Below are positions 54,083-63,999 of a DNA stretch of 64,000 nucleotides, in pieces (within the stretch, counting starts at the first letter, position 1; each line of letters begins with the position of its first letter). A program made the translations under genes and the position numbers. Origin of the DNA: an uncultured Acidobacteriota bacterium. Lineage in GTDB: Bacteria; Acidobacteriota; UBA6911. Below the pieces are notes generated by a model. The model had not been told where the DNA came from and searched no databases. It saw only the letters and a program-made list of their open reading frames with translations. The stretch covers positions 288,001 through 352,000 of the forward strand of contig CAWEJX010000007.1 in the NCBI GenBank assembly GCA_963809485.1, read 5' to 3'.

Positions 54083-55030
54083 ATGCCGACAGCTGCTGCT
54101 TCCGCAAAAATTGCCGAACTGAAGGCTGCGCTGCATTCGACGGACCGGCTGCTGATTTCATTCTGGGGCTTGCTCGCCATCGTCAGCCTGGTCCTGCATG
54201 CCCGGATCCCGTCGTGGCGGCTTATTCTACTGGCGGACCTCTTTGCCGCCCTCCTGGTTTTCGCTATCGCATACGCTGCGCACCGGACGGGCCTGAGAGC
54301 GCTGCGCTGGGTGCACGATTGGGCCGCTTATCCGCTGGTCGTGTTCACGTACAAGCAGCTGTATTTGATTATCGGGCCGATTCACAACCACAGGGATTAC
54401 GACCCGCTGCTGATAGCCCTCGATTACGGGCTGTTTCGGCTTAATCCGACAGAGTGGATGGCAAAATTCTCCAATCCGCTGCTGACGGAGACGCTTCAGA
54501 TCGCCTACTCTCTCTTTTATGCCATATTTCTTGCGGCCGGTTTCGAGATTTACCGCAGGCTGGATCTTTCGCACTTCCGCTATTTCAGTTTCACCATCGT
54601 ATATGGTTTTCTTATTTCCTACATCGGATATTTTTTTCTGCCGGCCGTAGGACCGCGTTTCACGCTCCACGACTTTTCGCAGATCGGCAGCGAATTGCCC
54701 GGGCTTTGGCTTACGCCCGCTCTCCGGCAGTTCGTGAACTTTTTCGAGTCCATCCAATCGGGAGCATCCAATGCAGCCGCCCTGGCAGCGGCGCAGCGGG
54801 ATGTCTTCCCCAGCGGTCACGCCATGATGACTCTGGTGGCAGTTGTCCTGGCTCACAGATACAGGCTCAGGATCCGGGCTTGGGTATATGTCGTGGGAGC
54901 TCTGCTGATGATGGCCACCGTCTATTTGCGATACCACTACCTCATAGATATTTTTGCTGGCGCACTTCTAGCCCTGCCCTGCCTGCTCACCTCGAACCGA
55001 ATGTTCCGATATTTTGAAAATGACCGGTAA
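54083..55030 (+). CDS. PAP2 family membrane phosphatase/phosphotransferase (Aur1/IPCS-like)
   Basis: Multi-TM; PAVGPR, DVFPSGH, TVYLRYHYLID. Confidence 0.88.
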   Translation: MPTAAASAKIAELKAALHSTDRLLISFWGLLAIVSLVLHARIPSWRLILLADLFAALLVFAIAYAAHRTGLRALRWVHDWAAYPLVVFTYKQLYLIIGPIHNHRDYDPLLIALDYGLFRLNPTEWMAKFSNPLLTETLQIAYSLFYAIFLAAGFEIYRRLDLSHFRYFSFTIVYGFLISYIGYFFLPAVGPRFTLHDFSQIGSELPGLWLTPALRQFVNFFESIQSGASNAAALAAAQRDVFPSGHAMMTLVAVVLAHRYRLRIRAWVYVVGALLMMATVYLRYHYLIDIFAGALLALPCLLTSNRMFRYFENDR

Positions 55031-55142
55031 GCATCCGCCCGCTGCGCCGGAAGCTTCAAGGTTGCCGGCCCCTCAAAGGCGCCTGATTACATCCGAGGAA
55101 GATGAAAGAGGTTCCCTGCGCCATAAATGTTTTGGTACTGCA

Positions 55143-55218
55143 GAATGTCGAATAACGAATGATGAATCCCGAAGTGTAGCGCTAACTTCTGCGGTTCGAC
55201 ATTCGAAATTCGATATTC
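55143..55218. repeat. Inverted heptamer array (GAATGTC/GAATAAC...GACATTC/GATATTC)
   Basis: 7-nt periodic CGAAT-containing units on the left, reverse complements on the right, between convergent genes. Confidence 0.6.
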
Positions 55219-55395
55219 CAGTGCCTACCCTCTTGGGTATTGTCCAGACCTGGGAATAAAAACATCCCGGATTTGTCAAACTCGTACTGCCTCCCCGGCA
55301 GAGCCTGTGGATCTCCCATTGGATCAGGAAGCCGCGCTGTTGGCCAGATAAGCCCGTAAGATGAGAAAGTGCTGCGGGATTCCCTCCGGATCGGA

Positions 55396-56286
55396 CTATG
55401 AGGCCTGCTGCGGATGCTGCATCAGTTCGATAAATTTAAGTGCGGCCGGGCTCAGGATCTGTTGGCTCCGGACGATTATGCCGAGCGGGCGGTAAAAACT
55501 CCTGTCGGCAAACTGGACTTGAACCAGGGCGCCGCTCTGGACTTCCTTCTGAGCGCTCAACAGCGGCACAATCGACACTCCCGCCCCGATTTCAACGCTG
55601 CGCTTGATGGTCTCGATATTGTCGAATTCCATGGCAATCTGCACCTGGATTTTATTCTCCTTGAAAATGCGGTCCAGGGCGCGCCGGCTTGCCATTGTTT
55701 TGCCGAAGGCCACAAAGTTTTGCCCGTTCAGCTTGCTGATGTCTATCTGATGCCGGCGGGCAAGAGGGTGGTCCGGGGTACAGATGAGCACCAGTTTGTC
55801 TGCCGGAAGAGAGATGATGCGGAGTCCCTTGCGGCGCTCCGGGTATGTCACGATTCCAAGATCGATGGCGCCCCTGAGGCAATCCTCGTAGACCTGGGAA
55901 CCCTGGCTGAATTCGACATGGAGGTTGACTTTCGGGTAGATTTTGAGGAAGGTCTTGACCACAATTGAAATTTCATAAAGCCCAACGCTGTAAATGGTGG
56001 CGACGCGCACACTTCCTGCCATATCCTGGCCGATGGACTTCATTTCCAGCTGCATGTGTTCAAAACTGTCCAGGATCGAGCGCGAGCGCTCATAAAGCAC
56101 GCGCCCCGCAGGTGTGGGTGTCACGGTCTTACCGTCCCGTCGCAGGAGTTGGGTTTCGAAACGGGACTCCAGATTTTTGACCTGCTGGCTGACCGCCGAC
56201 TGGGTAATGAAGTTGCGCACCGCGGCGCGCGAAAAGCTTCTGCTCTCAACCAGATCACAGAACACTCTGAGGGTTTCAATCTGCAT
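55396..56286 (-). CDS. LysR family transcriptional regulator
   Basis: SFSRAA..NFITQSAVSQQVKNLE HTH; LysR substrate-binding domain. Confidence 0.95.
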   Translation of the reverse strand: MQIETLRVFCDLVESRSFSRAAVRNFITQSAVSQQVKNLESRFETQLLRRDGKTVTPTPAGRVLYERSRSILDSFEHMQLEMKSIGQDMAGSVRVATIYSVGLYEISIVVKTFLKIYPKVNLHVEFSQGSQVYEDCLRGAIDLGIVTYPERRKGLRIISLPADKLVLICTPDHPLARRHQIDISKLNGQNFVAFGKTMASRRALDRIFKENKIQVQIAMEFDNIETIKRSVEIGAGVSIVPLLSAQKEVQSGALVQVQFADRSFYRPLGIIVRSQQILSPAALKFIELMQHPQQAS

Positions 56287-56340
56287 GGAATCCTCCGGGA
56301 GTCCGGCGGCGATTTCAGAAATCACATATTATTTTTAAGT

Positions 56341-56372
56341 ATAAGTTACTCTGATCCATAGATCAAAGTTAT
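56341..56372. promoter_or_regulatory. Two tandem LysR-type T-N11-A boxes
   Basis: ATAAGTTACTCTGAT (56341-56355) and ATAGATCAAAGTTAT (56358-56372), about 55-85 nt upstream of the LysR start. Confidence 0.55.
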
Positions 56373-56535
56373 TCATTTCGCTTGAGGCAGTCCGGACTCG
56401 AGAGCGCCGCAGTCGCGAGCAGGATATTTCCTGCATGGCGAGCTTCATACCCGGGCCGATGCCGGCACAAGAAAAGGCCGGCCAATTCGAGACCGGATCT
56501 GCCGATGAGGCAGTATCCGTTTGACAAATATTGGA

Positions 56536-57117
56536 TCAGGCCTTTTTCCCTGTCTTTACATCAGAGACCGGTCTGTCCACGGCCGCGTGAGGTTCCGGCG
56601 CGGACTGAAGCAGATTGACATACCGGGCCAGGACAAAACAGAGGTCGGATAGGCGGTTCAGGTATTGAAAAATCCGCGGACTGAGCGTTTCAAGCCTGGC
56701 CAGGGCGACGCACTGGCGTTCGGCGCGCCGGGCCACGGCCCGCGACAGGTGAAGAGCGGCGCCGGCGCCGGTGCCGCCCGGCAGGATGAACTTTTTCAAA
56801 GGGCTCAGGCCGCCCTCAAATCGATCGATATCATTTTCCAGCATCTGCACATCTTCATCCAGGATTTGCCGCCCTGCCGTTTCCAGCGTCCGGGGGGCGG
56901 CAAGCACCGATCCGATGATAAAAAGATCGTTTTGGATGCGCCCGAGCGTCTGATCGACTTCCGCCGGCAGGGCGTGGCTGCGGACTACGCCCAAATAAGC
57001 GTTCAGCTCATCCAGCGATCCAATCGCCTCGATGCGCAGGCAATCCTTGGCCACTCTTTCGCCCCCGATCAGTCCGGTGGTCCCATCATCGCCCGTTTTC
57101 GTGTAGATTTTGGCCAC
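56536..57117 (-). CDS. PduO-type cob(I)alamin adenosyltransferase
   Basis: KIYTKTGDDGTT, GSLDELN, FILPGG, RRAER, YLNRLSD. Confidence 0.95.
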   Translation of the reverse strand: MAKIYTKTGDDGTTGLIGGERVAKDCLRIEAIGSLDELNAYLGVVRSHALPAEVDQTLGRIQNDLFIIGSVLAAPRTLETAGRQILDEDVQMLENDIDRFEGGLSPLKKFILPGGTGAGAALHLSRAVARRAERQCVALARLETLSPRIFQYLNRLSDLCFVLARYVNLLQSAPEPHAAVDRPVSDVKTGKKA

Positions 57118-57301
57118 AGCAAGCTCCCTGATGCCGGCGCTTGTCTCTCAGCAACTTTCTCCTGCTGCAGCGGCGCCCGGCACGCCTGATGTCGTTATGC
57201 TATCCGCAGGATAGCACAATGGGCGTCCTTGAGGGATGTCCCCAGGGTCCTGAAAGTGATTTTGGGTAAAAGCGGGAATCGGCGCGCGGCCGGACATAAA
57301 C

Positions 57302-57326
57302 AAAAAGCGTTCCCATCGGGAACGCC
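57302..57326 (-). terminator. Intrinsic terminator after the DksA-like gene
   Basis: Minus strand GCGTTCCC-gat-GGGAACGC followed by T5. Confidence 0.7.
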
Positions 57327-57348
57327 TCAGGAACCGACCGCTACCAGA

Positions 57349-57693
57349 TCAGGCGGTCTTTTTCTCTTTGCACGCTATGCAAACGGATGTCCAGGGAACG
57401 GCTTTCAGACGAGCCAGGCTGATTTCCTCTTCGCAGATGGTGCAGATGCCGTAACTCCCGTTTTCGATCCGCTCGATGGCGGCTTCAATGGCGCGCAGCA
57501 ATTTCGCGTCTATCTGAAGCAGACGGAGATTCACATGGACTTCGTTGTCGTCGCTGGCCTGGTCCACAAAATCCCCATGCCGCGTATCTTCCATGTTTTC
57601 CCAGTGGGCTTTCTTTCCCGGTGCATTAATAATGATGGAGTCCCGCTTCTGCTCGAGGGCTATTTTGAACCTTTTAAGATCCTTTTTGTTCAT
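57349..57693 (-). CDS. TraR/DksA C4 zinc-finger protein
   Basis: GDFVDQA, YGICTICEEEISLARLKAVPWTSVCIAC. Confidence 0.9.
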   Translation of the reverse strand: MNKKDLKRFKIALEQKRDSIIINAPGKKAHWENMEDTRHGDFVDQASDDNEVHVNLRLLQIDAKLLRAIEAAIERIENGSYGICTICEEEISLARLKAVPWTSVCIACKEKKTA

Positions 57694-57947
57694 AAGCAGA
57701 GCCTCTGGTCAAAACAATAAACTATAGACCAAAAAGGGCCGCGTGTAAACCATTTCTAACTTGCCGGCCGGATTGCATTTTGACGGTGTTTTCGCACCCA
57801 ATCCCGGGAGAGGGCAAAGCCAATGCGGGGCCGCAAGCCGCAAATCTCCGGGCATTCATCAGCGCTTTTGTCCGCGTGCGTCGGCGTTCAATGATCCTGG
57901 AACTGTCAAACTCTGTGAGTCGCCCGGCAGAGCTGGGGATTACCAGT

Positions 57948-58865
57948 TTATTTAAAAGTCAATTCGTAGGCAGGAATGATCTCTACCGGGTGATAGGACA
58001 GTTTTGCGTCGCGCAGGCCCGCATCTCCCATATCTTCCTCGCGATTGATGAATTCGAACCCCCGGGCCGCGATGACTTTTGCGGTTTCCCAGTTAATAAC
58101 CTGGTAGAGTCCCTTATAGCTGCGCAGAGCCCGCTCGAAATGTATCGCAACAACCGCAGGGCTGATTGCCTCATAGATGGAGAAAGCCACCGGCTTGCCC
58201 TGGACGAATATAAGCAGCCCCTGCTGGTCAAAATGCTCGAAATGACGGAGGGTGCACTCCAGCGCTTCCAATTCACGCTTCAGCATCCCTTCCACGACCG
58301 GGCGCTCTTCCTCCAAAATCGATTGAAGGACATTGAAGCAGGCATCGATATTCGACGCGGTGAGAGATTCGCACGACCAGGTGTACAGGCTTGTTGCCTG
58401 AGACAACAGGTTGCGCTTTTTGGAATACTTGCGCCCGGCCAGCTGGGCCAGCGCTTTCGCGCTATAAAGATAGTTGGAGACTGCCCGATCCTCCGCGGCC
58501 GAAAAGAAGCCGGCGAAATCGGGATTCTGCTTCAGAAATTGACCGGATACGCCGATGATTTTCAGCACATATTTCAAATGAGCGGCTTCCCGAACGATCG
58601 CCTGAGCCAAATCGGCCGGCAACACTCCCACGGGCTGCAGCAAATGGGTGTGCGGATCAGGATCAAGAACGCAGGAAACAAGCAGGGTTTCCGGTGCGCC
58701 GAACGCCCACCTGTAGTGGAAAAAAGGCTTCCAGGCTGCCAGGGTAGCCAGGGAGTAGCCGGTCAGAGGCTGCGGGTGCCGCTTGAGAAAATCCGCCAGC
58801 AGCCGGTGGTTGCCTGGCTCAACAGCCTTGAATTCGAGGCCCAGAAAAGAATGCTCACTCATCAT
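57948..58865 (-). CDS. DUF2156 (phosphatidylglycerol lysyltransferase-like GNAT) domain protein
   Basis: YLYSAKALAQLAGRKYSKKRN, IHFERA...KGLYQVIN, INREEDMGDAGLRDAKLSYHP; ATGA overlap with the upstream GNAT. Confidence 0.88.
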   Translation of the reverse strand: MMSEHSFLGLEFKAVEPGNHRLLADFLKRHPQPLTGYSLATLAAWKPFFHYRWAFGAPETLLVSCVLDPDPHTHLLQPVGVLPADLAQAIVREAAHLKYVLKIIGVSGQFLKQNPDFAGFFSAAEDRAVSNYLYSAKALAQLAGRKYSKKRNLLSQATSLYTWSCESLTASNIDACFNVLQSILEEERPVVEGMLKRELEALECTLRHFEHFDQQGLLIFVQGKPVAFSIYEAISPAVVAIHFERALRSYKGLYQVINWETAKVIAARGFEFINREEDMGDAGLRDAKLSYHPVEIIPAYELTFK

Positions 58866-59278
58866 CGCTTGCCATAAAGCATGGGCTGATAATCGACCAG
58901 CGGCCCGAATCCAAGTTCCTCGTAGAAGCCCTGGGTGCCGGGCTCGGCGACAAGGCCGATCCAGCCGATCTTTCGGGCCAGGCAGAACTGAGTGAGCCTC
59001 TGAATGAGTTCGCGTCCGATACCCTGTTGGCGATGGGAGCCGAGAACGGTCACGTCCTGGATATAGGCATCGCTGCAGCCGTCGGAGATCACGCGTCCCA
59101 TACCAATGATGCGCCCGTCGAGGGTCCGGGCGACCATGAAGCAAAGGCTGCCGCGGATCATCGCAGGGATGACGGCACGGGCCTCAGGGCTTTCCTGCCA
59201 CCATCCGGCCGACCGGTAAAGCTCCACAATTTCGTCAACGGGCGCCGATATTACCGCCTCGTACTCCACTTCGCTCAT
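58862..59278 (-). CDS. GNAT family N-acetyltransferase
   Basis: IIGMGRVISDG..DAYIQDVTV...HRQQGIGREL...FYEELGF. Confidence 0.92.
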   Translation of the reverse strand: MSEVEYEAVISAPVDEIVELYRSAGWWQESPEARAVIPAMIRGSLCFMVARTLDGRIIGMGRVISDGCSDAYIQDVTVLGSHRQQGIGRELIQRLTQFCLARKIGWIGLVAEPGTQGFYEELGFGPLVDYQPMLYGKR

Positions 59279-59475
59279 ATAGAATCCTTTCCCATGCCCG
59301 CAAGCGAAAGAAAAACTTCCGAACCCCGGCTGCTGTTTCAGAAGGTCGGACCCCGGAAGCTATGTTCCATGCTCCCGCTGCCTGCTATGTCTGGATACGG
59401 CGGCCTCCTCAAGCTCCCATAAGCCAATGGAGTTCCAGACGCCCCGGCAATGGGCCAATGCGCCGCTGCTGCATT

Positions 59476-60426
59476 TTAAAATGGAAGAGATTCCCCGGTC
59501 CCGGTTTTCACGGCCTGTTCGTAGATCCTTGCGGCCAGCGCAACATCTTCCAGAGCGATTCCCTGGGACTCAAAAAGAGTGATTTCGCCCGCATCTTCAC
59601 GTCCGGGGAAATCCCCCAGCACCACAAGCCCAAGCTCGCGGGCATCTTCCCAGTAGAAATCGCCGGTTTCAGCGGCGCGCACGAGATCTCCGGATTCCAG
59701 CATCGCCTGTTCACGGGAGTCCACGACTACGCACGCGCTTTTGCCCACGGTTTCCGTATCGATTTCCTGCCGGGAGATAAAATTTGCGCCGATAGCATTG
59801 ATGTGTGTCCCTTTGGACACCCATTCTGCTTTGAAAACAGGTTCCTTGGAAGTGGTAGCCGTGACAAGGATGTCTGATTCCCGGACCGCCTCTTCCGGAC
59901 TGGCAGCCGGCCGAACGTCGATTCCAATGCTGGCAGCCATTTCTTTGCAGAACTGAGCGCGCTTATCGGAATTTCTCGAATAAGCAAGAACCAGGTTGAT
60001 GGGGCGAACGGCGCAAATTGCCTGAACCTGGGTACGTGCCTGCAAACCGGTACCCAAAATGCCAAGCCTGGCGGAATCCTGCCGGGCCATATATTTGGTT
60101 GCCACAGCCGAGGCAGCCCCGGTTCTGAGCTGACCGAGCCTGTCGGCTTCCATTAAAGCAACCAGCCGGCCGTCGCCTTGATAAAGCAAAACCATAAACC
60201 GGTTCACCCCTGAAACGCTGGTGTAACTTTTAAGCCCGGCGTAACCCTGGCCCGGCAGAGATGCGCTCATCACGTGAAGCATTCCATGATCCACCCTGCA
60301 ACGGCGCCTGGGGGCTATATCCGCTTTCTGCTCACCCTGAGACTTAAATGCCTGCTCGACTGCCTCAATGGCCATGCTCATAGTGGCCAGCTTCTCAACA
60401 TCCGCTTCCCGCAGCAAAATTGCCAT
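59476..60426 (-). CDS. Ornithine cyclodeaminase / mu-crystallin family protein
   Basis: LRTGAASAVAT, LGTGLQA, GTHINAIGA, TLFESQGIALED. Confidence 0.92.
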   Translation of the reverse strand: MAILLREADVEKLATMSMAIEAVEQAFKSQGEQKADIAPRRRCRVDHGMLHVMSASLPGQGYAGLKSYTSVSGVNRFMVLLYQGDGRLVALMEADRLGQLRTGAASAVATKYMARQDSARLGILGTGLQARTQVQAICAVRPINLVLAYSRNSDKRAQFCKEMAASIGIDVRPAASPEEAVRESDILVTATTSKEPVFKAEWVSKGTHINAIGANFISRQEIDTETVGKSACVVVDSREQAMLESGDLVRAAETGDFYWEDARELGLVVLGDFPGREDAGEITLFESQGIALEDVALAARIYEQAVKTGTGESLPF

Positions 60427-60891
60427 ATGCGCTCCCAGCATCCATAACCCGAAGAAAGCTACATCGCAGATTTCAATATACTTGAGCTCTTTGGCTGCTC
60501 CAAGCCCCAAAAACTAATTCTACACAGTTCCATGGACCCGGGGCAAACTCTCTGTGAGCCCGAACGTTGATAGCCCGATGAAATGCGCATTCGGATTGAA
60601 TGGTTGAATGAGGGAGGACGCAAGCCTATATTGATTGGGAGCAGAATCCGTGGCAGCGCGAGCATGCAGGAGTCTGCCCTTGCGCAGCGGAATGTCGAGG
60701 ATACGAGGAATATTTCCGGCTCGCACTTATCACACCTTTTTCGCGCCAAGTGATATGGATATTTTCGATCCGGAATCACAGGCCGCAGGCTGCGCATTGC
60801 AGCGTGTGATCTGCAACTTGTACGGACTTCCCGGATTCGCCGCAGCAGCGGAAATCCTGGGACAATGGCGCAGCAGGTCTGCGGGAAATCT

Positions 60892-62142
60892 ATGATAAGA
60901 ACGGTGCACCGGGCAAAATTTGTCCTGGCCGAACCCGACCTTCTGCTCAAAGATGCAGCGGTCCATGTCTCTGATCCCGGCCGCATTTCGCGCATCGAGC
61001 CCTGGAACAACCCGCCCGCCCATCTCCCGGTGGAAGTGGTGGATTGGGGCTCGGCGGTTATCATGCCGGGATTGGTTAATGCGCACACTCACCTTGAGCT
61101 TACGTCTCTCAGAAATGAGCTGACTCAGTTCAGCTCTTTCACCGATTGGATTTCACAGCTCGTAAGCCGGCGCAGGCTTTGGAGCCGCGACGATTTTACC
61201 CAATCCATCCGGGAAGGGGCGCGACAAGCCCTGGCCTCAGGCACAACCATGATCGGCGATATCAGCAGCGCCGGAATCGGCTTTGATGCCGCCCGGAATG
61301 CAGTGCTGCGCAGGGTGATTTTCGAGGAGGTAATGGCGTTATCGCCTGATCAGGCGGAGGATGCATTATGCAGACTGGAGCCTCTTCTTGAAACCGAGGA
61401 TCCCGGAGGGCTGCTGGAGCACGGCATTTCTCCCCACGCGCCCTATAGTGTTTCTCCCGAGCTTTACCGGCGGGCGACAGAGCTGGCGCGGCGCAAAAAG
61501 ATACCTCTGGCCACCCATGTCGCTGAAACCAGGGAAGAGCGGGAGTTCCTTCAGGAAGGGACGGGCGATTTCAGGAATTTTGCGATTGCGGCCGGCAGCT
61601 TTCCCGACGGATGGAATCCTCCCGGATTGCCCCCGGTTCCCTATTTGGACTCTCTGGGAGTGCTTGGGCCGAATTGCCTGTTAATACACTGCAATTACCT
61701 GGACAGCGAATCCATGAGCCGGATTTTGAAGGCCCGGAGCAGCGTGGTGTATTGTCCCCGCAGCCATGATTTTTTCGGCCACCCGGAGCATCCCATTCGG
61801 CAATTGCTGGATTCTGGAATCAATGTTGCTCTCGGAACCGATTCTTTGGCCAGCAATTTTTCCCTGAGCATGATTGACGAAATGCGCTTCCTGTATAAAA
61901 AGCGCAAGGACCTGAAAGCCGAGGAGATCCTTCGCGCCGCCACTCTGAATGGCGCGGCAGCCTTGGGCAACGGCGCCAGCATCGGCCGCCTGAGGCGAGG
62001 CTTTTGGGCGGATATGACCGTAATCGGGCTGCCGCCCAACCTTGGATCGCGGCAACTGTCGAATCAGGTGCTGGAGGGAGCCGGCGAGTGCATGGCCACA
62101 ATCGTTCAGGGACAGATCGCCTGGCGCAAAGAAGCTGTTTAA
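60892..62142 (+). CDS. Amidohydrolase family protein (MTA/SAH or aminofutalosine deaminase-like)
   Basis: PGLVNAHTHL, PHAPYS, THVAETREE, IHCN, LGTDSLAS. Confidence 0.9.
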   Translation: MIRTVHRAKFVLAEPDLLLKDAAVHVSDPGRISRIEPWNNPPAHLPVEVVDWGSAVIMPGLVNAHTHLELTSLRNELTQFSSFTDWISQLVSRRRLWSRDDFTQSIREGARQALASGTTMIGDISSAGIGFDAARNAVLRRVIFEEVMALSPDQAEDALCRLEPLLETEDPGGLLEHGISPHAPYSVSPELYRRATELARRKKIPLATHVAETREEREFLQEGTGDFRNFAIAAGSFPDGWNPPGLPPVPYLDSLGVLGPNCLLIHCNYLDSESMSRILKARSSVVYCPRSHDFFGHPEHPIRQLLDSGINVALGTDSLASNFSLSMIDEMRFLYKKRKDLKAEEILRAATLNGAAALGNGASIGRLRRGFWADMTVIGLPPNLGSRQLSNQVLEGAGECMATIVQGQIAWRKEAV

Positions 62143-62163
62143 TATCTACGATCCTGGGGCTCT

Positions 62164-62640
62164 ATGATCAGAAAATCTATGTTCTTGGGACTGACGCTGG
62201 TGCTGGTGGTCGCGCTCGTCTATCTGGTTATCAGGGGGCGGCAGGCAGAAAAGGAGCAGGCAGGCAAGCCCGTGGAGATTGTCCAGAAATCAAAATCCAC
62301 ACCCACACGGGAGTTGGGGCCGACGGATCTTGAAGTCGTGGAGTCGGGCATGGGTTTGCAGGAAGGAGGCACGGAGGGAGATCAGGCGCGGACTGCCCAC
62401 CACCAGATCGCGATACGCAACAACGGACAGTCAGCATACGGTGAGATACAGCTGAGGTTTTCCTACCTGGATCGCGGCGGAAAAGTTTTGGTTGCCAGGA
62501 TGCATTCCATCACTCAGGGCATAAAGGCCGGAGAAACATTGAGAGTTGCCGACATTGCAATCGGCGATTTGCCGGCAGCGGCGGCCGGCTCCCGGGCTGA
62601 AATCGCCTCCGCAGATCTGGCGCCCACAGAGGGACGCTGA
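62164..62640 (+). CDS. Membrane-anchored hypothetical protein (FxLYD-like Ig domain)
   Basis: N-terminal TM; IRNNGQSAYGEIQLRFSYLDRGGKVL. Confidence 0.6.
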   Translation: MIRKSMFLGLTLVLVVALVYLVIRGRQAEKEQAGKPVEIVQKSKSTPTRELGPTDLEVVESGMGLQEGGTEGDQARTAHHQIAIRNNGQSAYGEIQLRFSYLDRGGKVLVARMHSITQGIKAGETLRVADIAIGDLPAAAAGSRAEIASADLAPTEGR

Positions 62641-62805
62641 TCTTCTGAGCCGGGGTACCCCATGCCCGCTCTGTTTTGGGCAAGGCATAGGTTCGCTGTT
62701 TCTTATGTCGTCGTCAATAATTGACAGGAAAATCCCGCTGTGGTAATGTGCAGGCACATGGTAAATGAATTCGGGGTAGATCTCTGTGCCAAAGGACACT
62801 GGCGG

Positions 62806-63999
62806 ATGAAAAGCCTCTCCCGATTTCTCATTCTGTTTGGCTTGTCCATTTTGCTTCTTCCTGCAAGCATGGCAGAGGCGAAGGGAAACGGCCGCGTAAC
62901 CGGAAATATCAGAAGCATGTCCGGCAGCCCGCTGCGTGACGCCGTGATCAAAGTCATCGAGGCCGCGCAACAGGGTGAAGCGCTTCTGGTAGCTCGAAGC
63001 GACAGCCGCGGCTTTTTCAAATCGGCAAATCTGAACCCCGGGGATTATTACCTGGAAGTCACGCGTCCGGGCTACCAGACGGTTACCACAGACAGATTTA
63101 CCATCGATCCGGGGCGCACGACCTCACTCGACATCGTTCTTCAGGAATTCATCGGATATATCTCCAACAACGACGATCCCCGCAACTGGAACCTGAAAAC
63201 CGTGATGCGGAGTTCATCCGACCGCCGCCTGATTTTCCGCGGTCTTTCGGATGACGGCATGCCGGTTGAGAAGCAGCCCACCCCGTTTTATCGCAGCGGC
63301 GCGATGAACATAGCGTCTTATTCCGCGTCCAGCGGATCAAGCTACCTGATCCGTCCGCAAAGCAGTCAAACCGGGATTACGTCCAATTTCGCCATCACTG
63401 AGCCGGTCAGCCCGCATAGCCGTATGATTCTTTCGGGCCAGGCCGATTTCGGCGGCGGCGCATTCTGGAGGCTGCGGAACACATACAATTACCGGCCCGA
63501 TGACGCCCATGATTACAGGATCTCCATGGGCTATGGCCGCGTGGACTTGAATTACCCGGGATCGGCTTCGGTCACTTCGCGGGTTCTGCCGGGACACTCG
63601 GAATACCGCCAGGCGGGGGTTGAGACGATTGCTTTGGGCCTGGAAGGCAGCACGCAGCTTCTCGACCTGTTGTCCGTCAAATATGGCCTCGACTACTCAC
63701 GGCTCAATTACGGGACGTCGAAGAGCTTTTTCTACCCTTCCATTCAGATCCTGATCACTCCCATGGAAGGCTGGAGCGTCCGGACCTCCTTCACTTCAAG
63801 GCGTTCAAGCGATACAAACAGCGTTGTGCTGCCGGACGGAGAAGTCCTGGATTTGTCGGAGCCGACCATTATTACCATGGTGGGCGACCGGGTGAGCATG
63901 AGCCAGGTCACGCACTCCGAGATCTCCGTGCAAAGGGAAATGACGCCGGATACCGGATTCGAGGTGGCCGTTTATCAGGACCGCTTACAGGGGCAGGGT
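62806..63999 (+). CDS. Carboxypeptidase-regulatory-like domain / TonB-dependent receptor-like outer-membrane protein, 3'-truncated by the window edge
   Basis: Read manually from ATG 62806: MKSLSRFLILFGLSILLLPASMAEA...GRVTGNIRSMSGSPLRDAVI...SDSRGFF..ANLNPGDYYLEVTRPGY...WNLKTVMRSSSDRRLIFR; absent from the ORF track, consistent with running off the end. Confidence 0.75.
   Translation, partial: MKSLSRFLILFGLSILLLPASMAEAKGNGRVTGNIRSMSGSPLRDAVIKVIEAAQQGEALLVARSDSRGFFKSANLNPGDYYLEVTRPGYQTVTTDRFTIDPGRTTSLDIVLQEFIGYISNNDDPRNWNLKTVMRSSSDRRLIFRGLSDDGMPVEKQPTPFYRSGAMNIASYSASSGSSYLIRPQSSQTGITSNFAITEPVSPHSRMILSGQADFGGGAFWRLRNTYNYRPDDAHDYRISMGYGRVDLNYPGSASVTSRVLPGHSEYRQAGVETIALGLEGSTQLLDLLSVKYGLDYSRLNYGTSKSFFYPSIQILITPMEGWSVRTSFTSRRSSDTNSVVLPDGEVLDLSEPTIITMVGDRVSMSQVTHSEISVQREMTPDTGFEVAVYQDRLQGQG

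Noticed and set aside
55220-55395. Possible ncRNA between PAP2 and LysR genes
   Set aside because: Only short weak hairpins and no recognisable family signature
57120-57300. Cobalamin riboswitch upstream of the adenosyltransferase
   Set aside because: Conserved aptamer motifs not seen
59395-59422. Minus-strand ATG GGA GCT TGA GGA... as a selenoprotein or leader peptide
   Set aside because: Would be only about 11 codons, with no clear SD, redox motif or SECIS-like element
60540-60660. c-di-GMP-I riboswitch-like motif (GGCAAA-CTCTCT...AGGGAG-GACGCAAGCC)
   Set aside because: A ~57-nt insert replaces the GNRA tetraloop and no convincing second stem or receptor follows; probably coincidental, though an Infernal scan would settle it
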